From: an uncultured Actinomycetota bacterium
Lineage (GTDB): Bacteria > Actinomycetota > UBA4738 > HRBIN12
Direction of reading: 5' to 3'
DNA length: 64,000 bases
NCBI GenBank assembly: GCA_963724415.1
Contig: CAVRUS010000012.1
Location: 66,271 to 130,270 of the forward strand
Below the pieces are notes generated by a model that saw only the letters and a list, made by a program, of their open reading frames with translations, was not told the origin of the DNA and ran no database searches. Numbering within the stretch: the first letter of the stretch is position 1; every line of letters starts with the position of its first letter. Both the position numbers and the translations under genes were made by a program. Below, in pieces: positions 38,498 to 49,729 of the stretch.

Positions 38498-38655
38498 GCA
38501 GGAAGCCTACGGCGGGCCGACACCGCGTGGGTCGCACCGCGCCCGGGACGTCGCCGCTGGACCCGGGTCACCGGTTCCGCTGCGCCGATCGGGTCCGCTC
38601 CGTAGAGTCGGCGCGACGATCCGGGTGACGGGGCGACCCGCCGGAGAAGGGGCGC

Positions 38656-40275
38656 ATGGCGAGCTACGACGCGATCGTGATCGGCGGCGGACACAACGGG
38701 CTGACCGCGGCGTTCTACCTCGCCCGCGCGGGACTGCGGACGGTCGTGCTGGAGCGGCGGGACGTCGTCGGGGGTGCCTGCGTCACGGAGGAGATCGCGC
38801 CCGGTTGTCGCGCGTCGACGACCTCGTACATCGCGTCGATGCTCCGGCCCGAGGTGATCCGCGACCTGCGGCTCGAGAGTCGCGGTCTCCGGATGGTCCC
38901 GTGCGAGCCCGGGCTCCAGGCCGTGTTCGAGGACGGCAGCGTGGTGCCCTGGTGGACGGATCACGAGCGGGCGGTGCAGGAATTCGCGACCAGCATCTCG
39001 CCTGCCGACGCGGCGTCGTTCGACCGCGTGCACCGACGGCTCCATGCGCTCGCCCGCTACCTCCAGCCGTTCTTCCTCGAGGAGCCGCCGAACCTCTACG
39101 CGCGCGGGTGGGCGAAGGTCCGCGAAGGCAGCCGCGCGTGGCGGCGGTTCCGCTCGATCAGCGGCGACGAGCTGGCCGACCTCGTCCGGTTCACGACCGG
39201 GTCGCTCGGCGAGTTCGTCGAGCGACACTTCGAGTCCGATCGGATGCGGAGGATGTACCTCGCGAACAACGTCTACGGGATGCACGCGCCGCCGTACATG
39301 CCCGGGACCGCGATCGGGCTGCTCTTCCATCTGCTGTCGGGTGGCAGCGACGGGGTCCAAGGGTTCTACGGGCACGTGATCGGCGGCATGGGATCGATCA
39401 CCGCGGCGATGGCCGAGGCGGTCCGCGCATCGGGCGGCGAGATCCGGACGTCCGCCCCGGTGACGAAGGTGGTCGTCCGAGACGGCCGCGCGACAGGAGT
39501 GGTGCTCGACGGCGGGGAGGAGCTCGAGGCCGACGTCCTGCTGTCGAACGCCGACCCGAAACGCACGTTCCTGGGTCTGGTCGACGCCGCGGAGCTCCCG
39601 GCCGACTTCCGCGAGGACGTCTCCGCGATCAAGATGGCCGGCCCCTGCGCCAAGGTGAACTTCGTGCTGTCGGCCGAGCCTGCGTGGACCGGCATGCCCG
39701 CCGACGCGGATGCCAACCGCAGGTCCCTCGCCACCCTGGTGCCCACGCTCGCCGAGGCGCAGGCGATCTACGACCGCCACCGCGAAGGCGAGATCCCCGA
39801 CCGGCTCTGGGTGGATTGCGTCACCGCCTCCAACGTCGACGACACGCTCGCTCCCGCCGGCGTGCACGTGATGACGTCGTTCGTGCAGTACGTGCCGTAC
39901 GTGCTCCGGAGCGGATCGTGGGACGAACGCCGCGACGAGCTCCTCGCGAAGGTCGTCGGCAGGATCGAGGAGTCGGCGCCCGGCTTCCGCGGCACGATCG
40001 AGTCGGCGCAGGTGGTGACCCCGCTGGACCTGGAGCGCACCTACGGGCTCACCGAGGGCAACATCTTCCACGGAGATCTCCACATCGGGCAGCTGTTCTC
40101 GATGCGCCCGACCCCGGCGTGGTCGCGATACCGCACGCCGATCCACGGCCTCTACCTGTGCGGGGCGGGCGCGCACCCCGGCGGCGGCGTGACCGGAGCG
40201 CCGGGGTACGGGGCATCGCACGCCGTGCTCCGCGATCGGCGCCGCGGCCAAGGACGCAGACGGAGGCGCCGGTGA
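38656..40275 (+). CDS. FAD-dependent oxidoreductase of the phytoene-desaturase / amine-oxidase (CrtI-like) family.
   Basis: GGAGAAGGGG RBS. YDAIVIGGGHNGLTAAFYLARAGLRTVVLERRDVVGGAC dinucleotide fold. C-terminal LYLCGAGAHPGGGVTGAPG. Stop overlaps soxD GTG (GTGA). Confidence 0.75.
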   Translation: MASYDAIVIGGGHNGLTAAFYLARAGLRTVVLERRDVVGGACVTEEIAPGCRASTTSYIASMLRPEVIRDLRLESRGLRMVPCEPGLQAVFEDGSVVPWWTDHERAVQEFATSISPADAASFDRVHRRLHALARYLQPFFLEEPPNLYARGWAKVREGSRAWRRFRSISGDELADLVRFTTGSLGEFVERHFESDRMRRMYLANNVYGMHAPPYMPGTAIGLLFHLLSGGSDGVQGFYGHVIGGMGSITAAMAEAVRASGGEIRTSAPVTKVVVRDGRATGVVLDGGEELEADVLLSNADPKRTFLGLVDAAELPADFREDVSAIKMAGPCAKVNFVLSAEPAWTGMPADADANRRSLATLVPTLAEAQAIYDRHREGEIPDRLWVDCVTASNVDDTLAPAGVHVMTSFVQYVPYVLRSGSWDERRDELLAKVVGRIEESAPGFRGTIESAQVVTPLDLERTYGLTEGNIFHGDLHIGQLFSMRPTPAWSRYRTPIHGLYLCGAGAHPGGGVTGAPGYGASHAVLRDRRRGQGRRRRRR

Positions 40276-40499
40276 CGCTGCAGGTCCCGTGCCCGAACTG
40301 CGGGTGGCGCTCCTCGACCGAGTTCGCGTGGGGCGGTGAGCTCCGGCCGATCGACGCACCGGACGTGGAAGCGGATTTCGCTCGCGTCTTCCTGCCCGCG
40401 AACGCCGTCGGGCCCCAACAGGAGCGCTGGTTCCACCTCCTCGGCTGCCGCCGCTGGCTCACCGTGACACGCGACACGACGACGAACGAGGTCCGCTAG
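40272..40499 (+). CDS. soxD: Sarcosine oxidase delta subunit.
   Basis: VTLQVPCPNCGWRSSTEFAWGGE... small Cys-pair N-terminus typical of SoxD. Its position directly before soxA. Confidence 0.7.
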   Translation: MTLQVPCPNCGWRSSTEFAWGGELRPIDAPDVEADFARVFLPANAVGPQQERWFHLLGCRRWLTVTRDTTTNEVR

Positions 40500-43005
40500 G
40501 TGGCAGGGTCGATGCGGCTCGGCCGGAAGCGGATCCCGGTCGAGGAGGGGGACACGGTCGCCTCCGCGCTCTATCGGGCCGGGATCCGGACGTTCTCGCG
40601 ATCGCTCAAGTACCACCGGCGCAGGGGTCTGTACTGCGGCACGGGGGAGTGCCCCAACTGCCTCCTGACCGTCGACGGCGTTCCCGGCGTGCGCTCGTGC
40701 GTGACGCCGGCCCTCGAGGGGATGCGCCTGCGTCGCGAGCACGGGTGGCCCTCGGTCGAGCGGGACGCGCTGTCGATCCTCGATCGCCTGCACGTCCTGC
40801 TGCCGGTGGGCTTCTACTACAAGACGTTCATCCACCCCCGATGGCTCTGGGGGGTGGCCGATCGGATCATCCGGCGGGCGGTCGGGTTGGGCCGTCTGCC
40901 GAGCGGACCCGTCGAGAGACGGACGGCCCGGCATCTCCACTGCGACGTGCTGGTCGTCGGGGCGGGCTCGTCGGGGCGGGCGGCCGCCGTCACGGCCGCC
41001 GCCGGGGACGAACGGGTGGTGCTCTGCGACGAAGGAGACGTCTCGGACCCACCCGCCGGGATGGACGTCCTCCCGCGGCACGCTGCGATCGGGATCTACG
41101 AGGGACCGATGGTGGCCCTCGCCTCGGCGAACGGCATCGTCCAGGTCCACCCGCGACGGGTCGTGGCGGCGACGGGTGGGGTCGAGGTGCATCCGGTCTT
41201 CCCGGGCAACGATCTCCCCGGCGTGATGCTGGGGCGGGCGGCCGCCGGTCTCGCGGAACGGGGCGTCATGCCGGGGCGCCGCGCGGTGGTCGTGGTGGGC
41301 CACGACGAAGGGATCGAGCACCTGCGGTCCCTGCAGGATGCCGGCGTTCGGATCGCCGCCGCGGTGGTCCCGGCGTCGCTGGCCGCGCGGGTGCCGGAGG
41401 GGATCAGGACGATGGTGGGGGCCGAGGTCCTGCGCGCCGACGGGAAGCACGACGTTCGCTTCGCCGTGCTCCGGGACGCCGAGGGCGTGACCCGTGGCAT
41501 CGGCTGCGACCTGTTCGTGCTGTCGGTGGGCCTCTGGCCGAGGGACGACCTGGTCCGGATGGCCGGCCCGGATGCGGTCGAGGTCGTCGGTGACGCCTCG
41601 ATCGCCGCGCAGGCGGTGCCGGAGTCCACCGCGGGCACCGTGTGTCTCTGCGAGGACGTGTCCATCGCAGACCTGGAGCGTGCCTGGGCGGAGGGCTACC
41701 GCTCGTCGGAGCTCTCGAAGCGGTACACGACCGCGACGATGGGCCCGTGCCAGGGGGCGATGTGCGGGCGGCACCTGGCGGCGTTCGCGGCAACCCGGAA
41801 CACCACGGCGACCGCCGACACCTCCGCACGGACGACGGCGCGCCCGCCCGCGCGCCCCGTGCCGCTGGGCACGCTCGCCGCGGCCGTTCACCCGGTGATC
41901 GAGAAGCGCACCTCCCTGCACGACGCGCACGTCGCGGCGGGCGCACGCATGGGATGGTCCGGATCCTGGCTGCGGCCGTTCGACTACGGCGACGCGTCGG
42001 ACGAGTACCGGGCCGTCCGTGAGCGCGTGTCGGTGATGGACGTGGGGACGCTCGCGAAGTTCCTCGTCACGGGACCGGACGCCACGCACCTGATGGAGGT
42101 CGCCTTCCCCGCGAGGTTCACCGACGTCGCTCCCGGCCGGTCTCGCTACCTCCTCGCCCTCGACGAAGCGGGCTACGTGTTCGACGACGGCCTCGCGTGC
42201 GCGCTCGGCGAGGAAGGCTGGTACCTCACGTCGACGTCGGGAGGGGCGGATCGGATGGAGGCCTGGCTCCGGGACCACGCCGACCGCCGGGGGCTCCGGG
42301 CGCACGTCATCGACCTCACGGCCGAGCGGGGGGCGATCGTGGTCGCGGGGCCGCTCGCGCGCGCGCTCCTCGGCGAGCTCACGGACGCGCCACTCGATGC
42401 GGAGACCTTCCCGCCGCTCGGGATCCGCGAGGTGCGCGTGGCAGGCGTCCTCGTGCGGCGCGATCCGGAGCGGCTTCGTCGGCGAGGTGTGCTTCGAGCT
42501 CCATCATCCGCGGTCGCGAGGCCCAGACCTCTGGACGGCGCTCGTCGGGGAAGGTGCCGCGTTCGGCCTCCGTCCGCACGGGCTCGACGCGCTCGAGATC
42601 CTCCGGCTCGAGAAGGGACATCCCTACGTCGGGCAGGACACGCTCCCGGACGACACGCCGGCGAAGCTCGGCCTCGACCGTGCCGTGGCTCCCGGGGAGA
42701 GCTTCGCGGCCTCCCGCGCGCTCGAGCGCCTCGCGGGTCTCTCGATCGACCGGAAGCTCGTCGGCCTCGAGTTCGATCGAGGGGGCGCGGAGCTCCGCGG
42801 CGTGCCGTTGCGGATCGGCGGGCGGATCCTGGGGAGGGTGACCTCGGCGGCATGGAGCCCGATCCTGGAGCGATCGATCGGTCTCGGGTGGATCCGCCGG
42901 GAGCCGGACGGCGGGTTCCCCGACACGCTCCACGCCGATCGCGTCACCGCTCGCGTCGTTCCCACGCCGTTCCTCGACCCGGAGGGAGCGCGCCTCCGTG
43001 GTTGA
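40500..43005 (+). CDS. soxA: Sarcosine oxidase alpha subunit, with one frame switch near 42468.
   Basis: N-terminal 2Fe-2S/FAD-NAD region (LYCGTGECPNCL, DVLVVGAGSSGRAAAV). C-terminal GcvT-like domain that continues (GFVGEVCFELHHP...EILRLEKGHPYVGQD...) only in the frame of ORF 42397..43005. Confidence 0.85.
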
Positions 43006-43388
43006 GCTCTGGTCCGTCCACGCGAACGAGGATGCCTGCGAGCTCGCGATGCGCGCGCCGGGCGCGGGCAGGGTGGCGACGGACGAGGTGTTCGTTCGAG
43101 GCTCCATCGCGGAGGACCTCCGCGCGGCCGTGCTGACGGTCGACCCCGACGCGCTGATCCGGGAGTCGACCGAGGGGTGGGACGGGGATCGTGCTCGAGG
43201 GCGGCGACGCGCACGCGGTCTTCGCCCGGTTGTCGGATCTCCGGCTCCCGGACGGGGGAGGCTACGTGCAGGGGGATGTCGCGCGCGTCGCCGCCCGGGT
43301 CTTCGTGGAGGACGGCGCGCTCCATCTCTTCGTCCGCGCCCAATGGAGCGCCTACCTCCATCGGCAGGTCGAGGGAGCCGGGTCATGA
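42998..43388 (+). CDS. soxG: Sarcosine oxidase gamma subunit, with one frame switch near 43185.
   Basis: GGAGGGAG RBS. GTG overlaps the soxA end. ...STEGW then GIVLEGGDAHAVFARLSDLRLPDGG...ALHLFVRAQWSAYLHRQV* in a second frame. Stop overlaps soxB ATG (ATGA). Confidence 0.65.
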
Positions 43389-44593
43389 CGGGCCTGCTCC
43401 GCCGCCGGACCTACCTCCCGTCGCGGGAGCTGCGGCGCGCCTACGACGTCGTGATCGTCGGCGGTGGCGTCAACGGGCTGTCGCTCGCGTACCACCTCGC
43501 CGCCGAGCACGGGATCCGGGACGTCGCGGTCATCGAGCGCTCCTACATCGGGAGCGGCGGCAGCGGTCGCAACACGCAGGTCCTCCGCGCGAACTACAAC
43601 ACCCCGGAGACGGTGCCGCTCTACGCCGCCAGCCTCGCGCGCTACCGCCGGTTGTCGCAGGAGCTCGGGTTCAACGTCTTGTTCACGAACGAGGGCGAGC
43701 TCGACCTCTGCCACACGGAGGATTCCCTGCAGGTCGAGCGGGAGAAGTCCGCCCTGAACAGGGCGCTCGGCGTGCAGACGGACATCCTCGGACCCGACGA
43801 GATCCTCGAGGTGTGTCCTCTGGTGGATCTGAGCGGCGGCGGCGAGCTCCCGGTGCTGGGCGCGTCGTACCACCCGCCCGGATCCTTCGCCCGCCACGAC
43901 GCCGTCGTCTGGGGGTTCGCGCAGGCCGCCGCGCGGCGCGGCGTGGACATCCACCAGGGCGTGACGGTCACCGGCGTCGAGGTGGACGGCGACACGTGCG
44001 TCGGCGTGGAGACGTCGGCCGGCCCGGTCTCGGCCGGACACGTCGTGAGCGCGGTCGCCGGATGGTCGACCCAGGTGGCGGCGATGGCGGGTGTGCGCCT
44101 GCCGATCGTGACGCACCTGCTGCAGGCCTTCGTGACCGAGCCCTATCGACCGGTGTTGCGCGGGCTGGTCTCGTCGATGGACCTCACGATCTACGTGTCG
44201 CAGACCGCCCGCGGGGAGCTCCTGGCGGGTGCCGAGATCGTCCCGTACGCCACGTACTCGACGCGCTCCACGTTCGAGTTCCTCGCCGAGGCCGCCCGGC
44301 GATCGGTGATGATCCTCCCGTTCATGGCGGAGGCGCGGGCGATGCGGCAATGGGGCGGGTCGTGCGACATGACGCCCGACTCGTCCCCGATCCTCGGCCC
44401 CACGCCCGTGGACGGCTTCGGTGTGATGGCCGGGATGGGGACGTGGGGGTTCAAGGGCGCGCCGATCTTCGGCGCGACGATGGCCGACTACGTCGCGACC
44501 GGCCGCGTGCCGGAGCTGATCGCGCCCTTCGCCCTGAGCCGGTTCCGCGAGGATCGCATGGTTCCCGATGCCGCCTCGGCGGGTACCCACTGA
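43386..44593 (+). CDS. soxB: Sarcosine oxidase beta subunit (FAD, DAO family).
   Basis: YDVVIVGGGVNGLSLAYHLAAEHGIRDVAVIE...GSGRNT...GWGFKGAPIFGATMADYVATG. Confidence 0.85.
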
Positions 44594-44598
44594 GCGCG

Positions 44599-45066
44599 AT
44601 GCGACGACTCGACCTCATCCGGCACGCGAAGCGGGACCCGAACCACGACCGCCTCTCGGCCGCGGGGCGGGCCCAGGCGGAGGACGTCGGACGGGCCGCG
44701 TCGGACGGCTACGACGCTGTCTTCGTCTCGCCGGCGGAGCGGGCCGCCGAAACGGCCGCGTGGATCGTCCGCGGGGCGGGGAGTCAGCTGCCCTCGCACG
44801 GGGTGATCGACGGTCTGGCCGGGAGGGACGCGACGGGCGGCAGCCCGGAGGGGATGGCCGCGGGCGTCCGCACCCTGCTCGACGCCGTCCCCGATGGCGG
44901 CGATCGGCCTCGCGGTCTCGCACACACCGTTCGTCGAGCGCGCGATGATCGGCCTGACCGGGCGCGAGCCGGCGCCGTTCGCGGAGTGCGAAGGCATCCG
45001 CGTGGTCCTGGCGGATGACGGTGGGGTGGAGGTCGAGGAGATCAGGCGCTCGGCCGCGGATCGGTG
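44599..45066 (+). CDS. Histidine-phosphatase (phosphoglycerate-mutase-like) family protein, with a frame switch near 44895.
   Basis: LDLIRHAKRD...AAGRAQAEDVGRA...DAVFVSPAERAAETAAWI in one frame. The conserved C-terminus AAIGLAVSHTPFVERAMIGLTGREPAPFAECEGIRVVL is in the adjacent frame. Confidence 0.65.
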
Positions 45067-45539
45067 ACGTCCGCCACCTGCGCGTCGAGGACGCGGAGGA
45101 GGTCCGCCGGGTCGACGTGGAGGTTGACGCCATGGGCGCCGGCGCCGATCGCGACGACGTCGCGATCGGCGATGGTCGCGTCGGCCACGACCGGCCAGGC
45201 GGTGGACGACGCGAACGGCGTGATCGCGCCCCGCTCGTAGCCGGTCGCGTCGCGTGCCTCCTCCTGATCCGGGAGCGAGAGCCGGTGCACCCCGAGGTGT
45301 GCGCGGAGCCGCGCCCAGTCGATCTGCCGGCCGCCGGGGACGAGGACGAAGACGTAGTCGCCCGCGCCGCGCCGCACGACGATCGAACGGATCAGCTGTG
45401 CCACCTCGATGCCCTGGAGCTGGGCGCTCTCCTCGGCACTGTGCGCCCGTTGCGTGCGGACGACGCGGAACGGGATGCCCGACGCGCCGACCTCGCGGAT
45501 CGCGGGGGTGTCCTTCGTCGCGTCGTGGTGAGCGGTCAT
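45042..45539 (-). CDS. ybaK: YbaK/EbsC-family Cys-tRNA(Pro) / aminoacyl-tRNA deacylase.
   Basis: [55 protein letters not shown]...GAITPF. Confidence 0.75.
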   Translation of the reverse strand: MTAHHDATKDTPAIREVGASGIPFRVVRTQRAHSAEESAQLQGIEVAQLIRSIVVRRGAGDYVFVLVPGGRQIDWARLRAHLGVHRLSLPDQEEARDATGYERGAITPFASSTAWPVVADATIADRDVVAIGAGAHGVNLHVDPADLLRVLDAQVADVTDPRPSA

Positions 45540-46606
45540 GGATCGTGGTCGGCGTACGCCGGCCGGATCACGTCGTCCAGGAACGCCACCCGCTCGTCGA
45601 AGGGCAGGAACGCCGACTTCATCGCGTTGATCGTGAGCCTGCCGATCCGATCCCATCCGATCCCGAACGCGTCGACCAAGTGCGCGAGCTCCTCGGAGAG
45701 CGTCGTCGCGGACATCAGGCGGTTGTCCGTGTTCACGGTCACGCGGAACTTCAGGTCCGTCAGGAGCCCGATCGGATGCGCTTCGATCGACGCCGCCGCG
45801 CCCGAATGGACGTTGGAGGTCGGGCACAGCTCGAGGGGCACGCGCCGGTCGCGAACGAGATGCGCGAGGGGCCCCAGCCGAGCATGGCCGTCGGGCCGCA
45901 GGTCGATGTCGTCGACGATCCGCACCCCGTGACCGAGCCGCTCGGCGCCGCAGAGCTGCAGCGCCTCCCAGATGGACGGCAGTCCGAACGCCTCTCCGGC
46001 GTGGATCGTGAGATGGAAGTTCTCCCGGCGGACGTGGTCGAACGCGTCGAGATGACGCGTGGGCGGATAGCCGGCCTCCTCACCCGCGATGTCGAAGCCC
46101 ACCACACCTCGGTCCCGCCAGCGGACGGCGAGCTCGGCGATCTCGAGCGAGCGCGCGGCCGTCCGCATCGCGGTGAGGAGGGTGCCGATGCGGATCCCGG
46201 TGCCACGGGAGCCTTCGCGGAAGCCCTCTTGGACCGCCTCGACGACGTCGTCGAGAGCGAGCCCCTGCTCGAGGTGCTGCTCGGGGGCGAAGCGGACCTC
46301 GGCGTAGACGATCCCGTCGGCGGCGAGATCCTCGGCGCATTCGCGCGCGACCCGCACCAGCGACCCGCGCGTCTGCATCACGCCGACCGTGTGCGCGAAC
46401 GTCTCGAGGTAGAGCACGAGATCCTTCCGATCGGCTCCACGGGTCATCCACGCGCCGAGCTCCCCGACGTCACGCGTGGGGAGCCCCTCGTAGCCGGTCT
46501 CGTCGGCCAGCTCCACGATCGTGGCGGGCCGGAGTCCGCCGTCCAGATGGTCGTGCAGCAAGACCTTCGGCGCCTCCCGGATGCGCTCGAGCGTCGGCGT
46601 CGCCAT
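45536..46606 (-). CDS. add: Adenosine deaminase.
   Basis: [15 protein letters not shown]...HAGE...[10 protein letters not shown] and other ADA motifs. Stop overlaps ybaK ATG (ATGA). Confidence 0.9.
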   Translation of the reverse strand: MATPTLERIREAPKVLLHDHLDGGLRPATIVELADETGYEGLPTRDVGELGAWMTRGADRKDLVLYLETFAHTVGVMQTRGSLVRVARECAEDLAADGIVYAEVRFAPEQHLEQGLALDDVVEAVQEGFREGSRGTGIRIGTLLTAMRTAARSLEIAELAVRWRDRGVVGFDIAGEEAGYPPTRHLDAFDHVRRENFHLTIHAGEAFGLPSIWEALQLCGAERLGHGVRIVDDIDLRPDGHARLGPLAHLVRDRRVPLELCPTSNVHSGAAASIEAHPIGLLTDLKFRVTVNTDNRLMSATTLSEELAHLVDAFGIGWDRIGRLTINAMKSAFLPFDERVAFLDDVIRPAYADHDP

Positions 46607-46636
46607 ACGCAGATGCTAGAGGCGCGCCGCCGTGGT

Positions 46637-47728
46637 CAGGAGGACTTGAGGTAGCTGTACGTGATCTTCGCCGTGACGATCCGGCACGACGTGACCCCGC
46701 TCACGGAATCGGTCACCGTGAGGAAGGACTCGTGACTCGTGTGGCCTGGGATTTCGCCTGCTGGGGCCGCATTCGTTCTGGGAGTTGTCGATCACGAACG
46801 ACGCGCTCTCGATCCGCTGGGCGCTGCCCAGCCCCCACCGGTAGAAGACGGACATCCTGCTCCCATGGCAATCGACCTGGAGGAACCCGCCCAGTGCGTG
46901 GACGAAGCAGTCGCCGCCGCGGACGGTCGCGCTCTCGGTCGTGTGGTGGTACGCCGTGCCCGGCTTGGTCTTGATCGCGGTGGTCCGGTAGGTCCTGACG
47001 ATCGAGACCTTCTTCGGCTTGGAGACGGCGGGGGGAGCCGTCCCATCGTCCGCCCAGATCTTGACGAAGTACTTCCCCGCGGGTCGGTTGCCGGCGAAGC
47101 TGCCCTCACCCTGGCCGTCCCAATCCCAATGGTTCGATCCTGCGCCCAGGCTTCCGAGCTGGTCCTCCCGGATCAACGATCCACAGCACTTCCCGCTGCC
47201 GTTGGCCTTGAAGACGCGGGCCTCCGCGTCGGCGTCCGCGGCGAGGGTGAATCGGATCCGTGTTTCGTCCTTGTACCCGTCGTCGATCCACGGCAGGAAC
47301 GGGTTCGGCGTCGCTCCCGTGATGACGGCGAGGGGGGGAAGGAGATGGAAGTTCTCGGGACTTCCCTGGAGGTTCCCGCCCCGATAGACGGCCACCTGGT
47401 ACGTCCTCGCCGATGTGACGGAGAGCGCCGGCCACGAGAAGGACACCTCGCGCGGCGACGTCTGCGTGTCGGGGTCGATGAACACTTGCTTCTCGCGGAT
47501 CGCGGAGCCGCCGAGCGGCCGCAGCCGGAGCTCGAACGTCGCGTCGCTCGAATCGGCGTCGAACGTGAACGTCACGGTCGCCGGCCCGGAGAACGGTGAG
47601 AAGAATTCGCTCGTCCCCCCCGGGAACGTGATCACGGGGTCCTCGTAGACCGCCGTGGCGGGGAGTGCGGTCAGGAGACCGAACGCCAGGGCGATCGCGG
47701 CGGCTACCGGGAGGGATCGTGTCCGCAT
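46637..47728 (-). CDS. Secreted beta-rich (Ig/FN3-like) protein of unknown function, with a frame switch near 46790.
   Basis: Signal peptide MRTRSLPVAAAIALAFGLLTALPATA. The plausible C-terminus ...ESFLTVTDSVSGVTSCRIVTAKITYSYLKSS* appears in the adjacent frame. ATG follows the dinB stop directly. Confidence 0.5.
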
Positions 47729-48820
47729 CTATCCATCATCGGCATCTGGGGCCTCGATATGGAGTATCGGTTGATCTCGGGCGTCGCCGGCGTCTCGCTC
47801 ACCGAACTCCGCGCGCACGCCGAGCAGCCGCACGGGCCTCTCGATCGTCGGGAACCTCGCCAGCGCGGCCCTCGCACCGGCCGCGATGTCCTCGGGATCG
47901 CTCGTCGGCGCGGGCAGCGCGAGTCCCCGGGTCTTCGTGATGAAGGGGACCAGCCGGACCTTCACGACGACCCGGACCGCCGGGCGACCGTCCTTCCGCA
48001 CGTCCTGCGTCGTCTCGAAGGCGAGCCGGTCGAGCTCACGCAGCACCTCGTCGTTCGTCGCGAGGTCTCGCTGGAACGTTCGTTCGCGGCTCACGCCTTT
48101 CGGGATCCACGGCGCGTCGCTGACGGGGCTGGTGTCCTCGCCGCGGGCGAGCTGCGCGAGCCAAGGTCCCGTGCTCGGACCGAACGCGGCGGACAACGCG
48201 GCGGGGTCGCTCGCCGCGAGCTCGGCGACCGTGCCGATGCCGATCGAGGCGAGCTTCCGCGCCGTCTTCGTGCCGATGCCCCACAACGCGTCCGTCGGCC
48301 GCGAACCCATCCACTCCGCCCACCGATCGGAGGTGAGCACGAAGACCCCGGCGGGCTTCCCGGCGTCGGTCGCGATCTTCGCCTGGAGCTTGTTGTCCCC
48401 GATGCCGATCGAGCACCAGAGCTCCGTCCGTTCGAGGACCCGTGCCTGGATGTCACGGGCGAGCGCCTCGGGGTCGTCCGTCTCCACCGCGATGAACGCC
48501 TCATCCCATCCCATCACCTGGACGACGAAGCCGAAGGACCGGAGCGTGTCCATCACGCGACGCGATGCCTCGAAGTAGACCGGTGCGTCGACGGGGAGGA
48601 ACACGGCTTCGGGACACCGCTTGAGGGCCGTGCGGAGCGGCATCCCCGAGCCGACCCCGAACGCCCGGGCTTCGTAGGAGGCGGTGGAGACGACCCCGCG
48701 TTTCGTCGGGTCGCCGTCACCCCCGACGACGACGGGCCGGCCGCGGAGCTCCGGCCGACGGAGCACCTCCACGGCCGCCAGGAACTGGTCGAGATCGACG
48801 TGGAAGACGAACGGTGCCAC
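47729..48820 (-). CDS. dinB: DNA polymerase IV (Y-family translesion polymerase).
   Basis: FHVDLDQFLAAVE...VVVGG...RGVVSTASYEAR.FGV.SGMP...SIDEAF-like IMS motifs. Little-finger domain. Confidence 0.9.
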   Translation of the reverse strand: MAPFVFHVDLDQFLAAVEVLRRPELRGRPVVVGGDGDPTKRGVVSTASYEARAFGVGSGMPLRTALKRCPEAVFLPVDAPVYFEASRRVMDTLRSFGFVVQVMGWDEAFIAVETDDPEALARDIQARVLERTELWCSIGIGDNKLQAKIATDAGKPAGVFVLTSDRWAEWMGSRPTDALWGIGTKTARKLASIGIGTVAELAASDPAALSAAFGPSTGPWLAQLARGEDTSPVSDAPWIPKGVSRERTFQRDLATNDEVLRELDRLAFETTQDVRKDGRPAVRVVVKVRLVPFITKTRGLALPAPTSDPEDIAAGARAALARFPTIERPVRLLGVRAEFGERDAGDARDQPILHIEAPDADDG

Positions 48821-48829
48821 CGCGATCGG

Positions 48830-49729
48830 TCAGGCCGCGTTCGCGCTGTCGAGCGCGGCCTGGAGCCGTTGCACGGGACCCTTCAGGCCGTGTTCGTCCG
48901 CGAACTCCTTCAGGGCGTCGTCGTCCCGTCCGCCCGACCACACGGTCAGGGGCGCGACGGCGTTCACCGGGACGAGGCGACGCATCGCGTCGAGGTAGTC
49001 GGCCGACTCGAGGAGGCGCGCCTTGAGTGCCGGCTTGCCCTTCAGCGGTCCGGGGCGGGTCTGGGGCTGCGCGGCATCGGCGAGCAGGTCGTCGAGGGAG
49101 TCGTAGGTCTGGATCAACGCTCGCGCGGTCTTCTCGCCGACGCCACGCACACCGGGGAGGTCGTCGGACGGATCCCCACGGAGGATCGCGAATTCCGCGT
49201 ACCGCGATGCCGGCACGCCGTACTTCGCGAGGACGCCCGCTTCGTCGTACTCGCCCAGCTCGGAGACGCCTCGCAGCGTGAACAGCAGCTTCACGACGGG
49301 GTCCCGGACGAGCTGGATCAGGTCGCGGTCACCCGAGACGATCTCGATCCGATCGGTCTCGGCCGCTTCGACGCAGAACGCGCCGATCGCGTCCTCCGCC
49401 TCCCACCCCTCCGTCTCCGCCTGCAGGAGGCCGGTGAGGTCCAGGACGCTGCGCAACAGCGCGAACTGCTGCGTGATCGCCTCGGGCTCCGGGGGGCGGT
49501 TGGACTTGTAGCCCGGATAGATGTCCGTGCGCTCCACCGGCCGCCAGTCGTGGTCGTACACGTGGACGACCTCGTCGGGTCGGCGTGTGGCGACGAGCCG
49601 GGTGACCATGTCGAGGTAGCCGTGGACGGCGTTCACCGGCCGTCCGTCGGGCGCCGTCACCGAGTCCGGCATCGCGAAGAACGCCCGGTAGGTCAGGCTC
49701 GAGACGTCCAGCAGGATCCTGTGGGTCAC
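48830..49729 (-). CDS. Stand-alone 5'-3' exonuclease / flap endonuclease (Pol I N-terminal-domain homolog).
   Basis: ILLDVSSLTYRAFFAMP...VYDHDWRP...GYKSNRPP...GDRDLIQLV...DDLPGVRGVGEKTA. Confidence 0.85.
   Translation of the reverse strand: MTHRILLDVSSLTYRAFFAMPDSVTAPDGRPVNAVHGYLDMVTRLVATRRPDEVVHVYDHDWRPVERTDIYPGYKSNRPPEPEAITQQFALLRSVLDLTGLLQAETEGWEAEDAIGAFCVEAAETDRIEIVSGDRDLIQLVRDPVVKLLFTLRGVSELGEYDEAGVLAKYGVPASRYAEFAILRGDPSDDLPGVRGVGEKTARALIQTYDSLDDLLADAAQPQTRPGPLKGKPALKARLLESADYLDAMRRLVPVNAVAPLTVWSGGRDDDALKEFADEHGLKGPVQRLQAALDSANAA

Noticed and set aside
36443-38537. 652-aa plus-strand and 561-aa minus-strand ORFs overlapping the cyclase-ATPase gene.
   Set aside because: Both are alternative-frame or antisense readings of a gene whose true frame carries cyclase, P-loop and TPR motifs.
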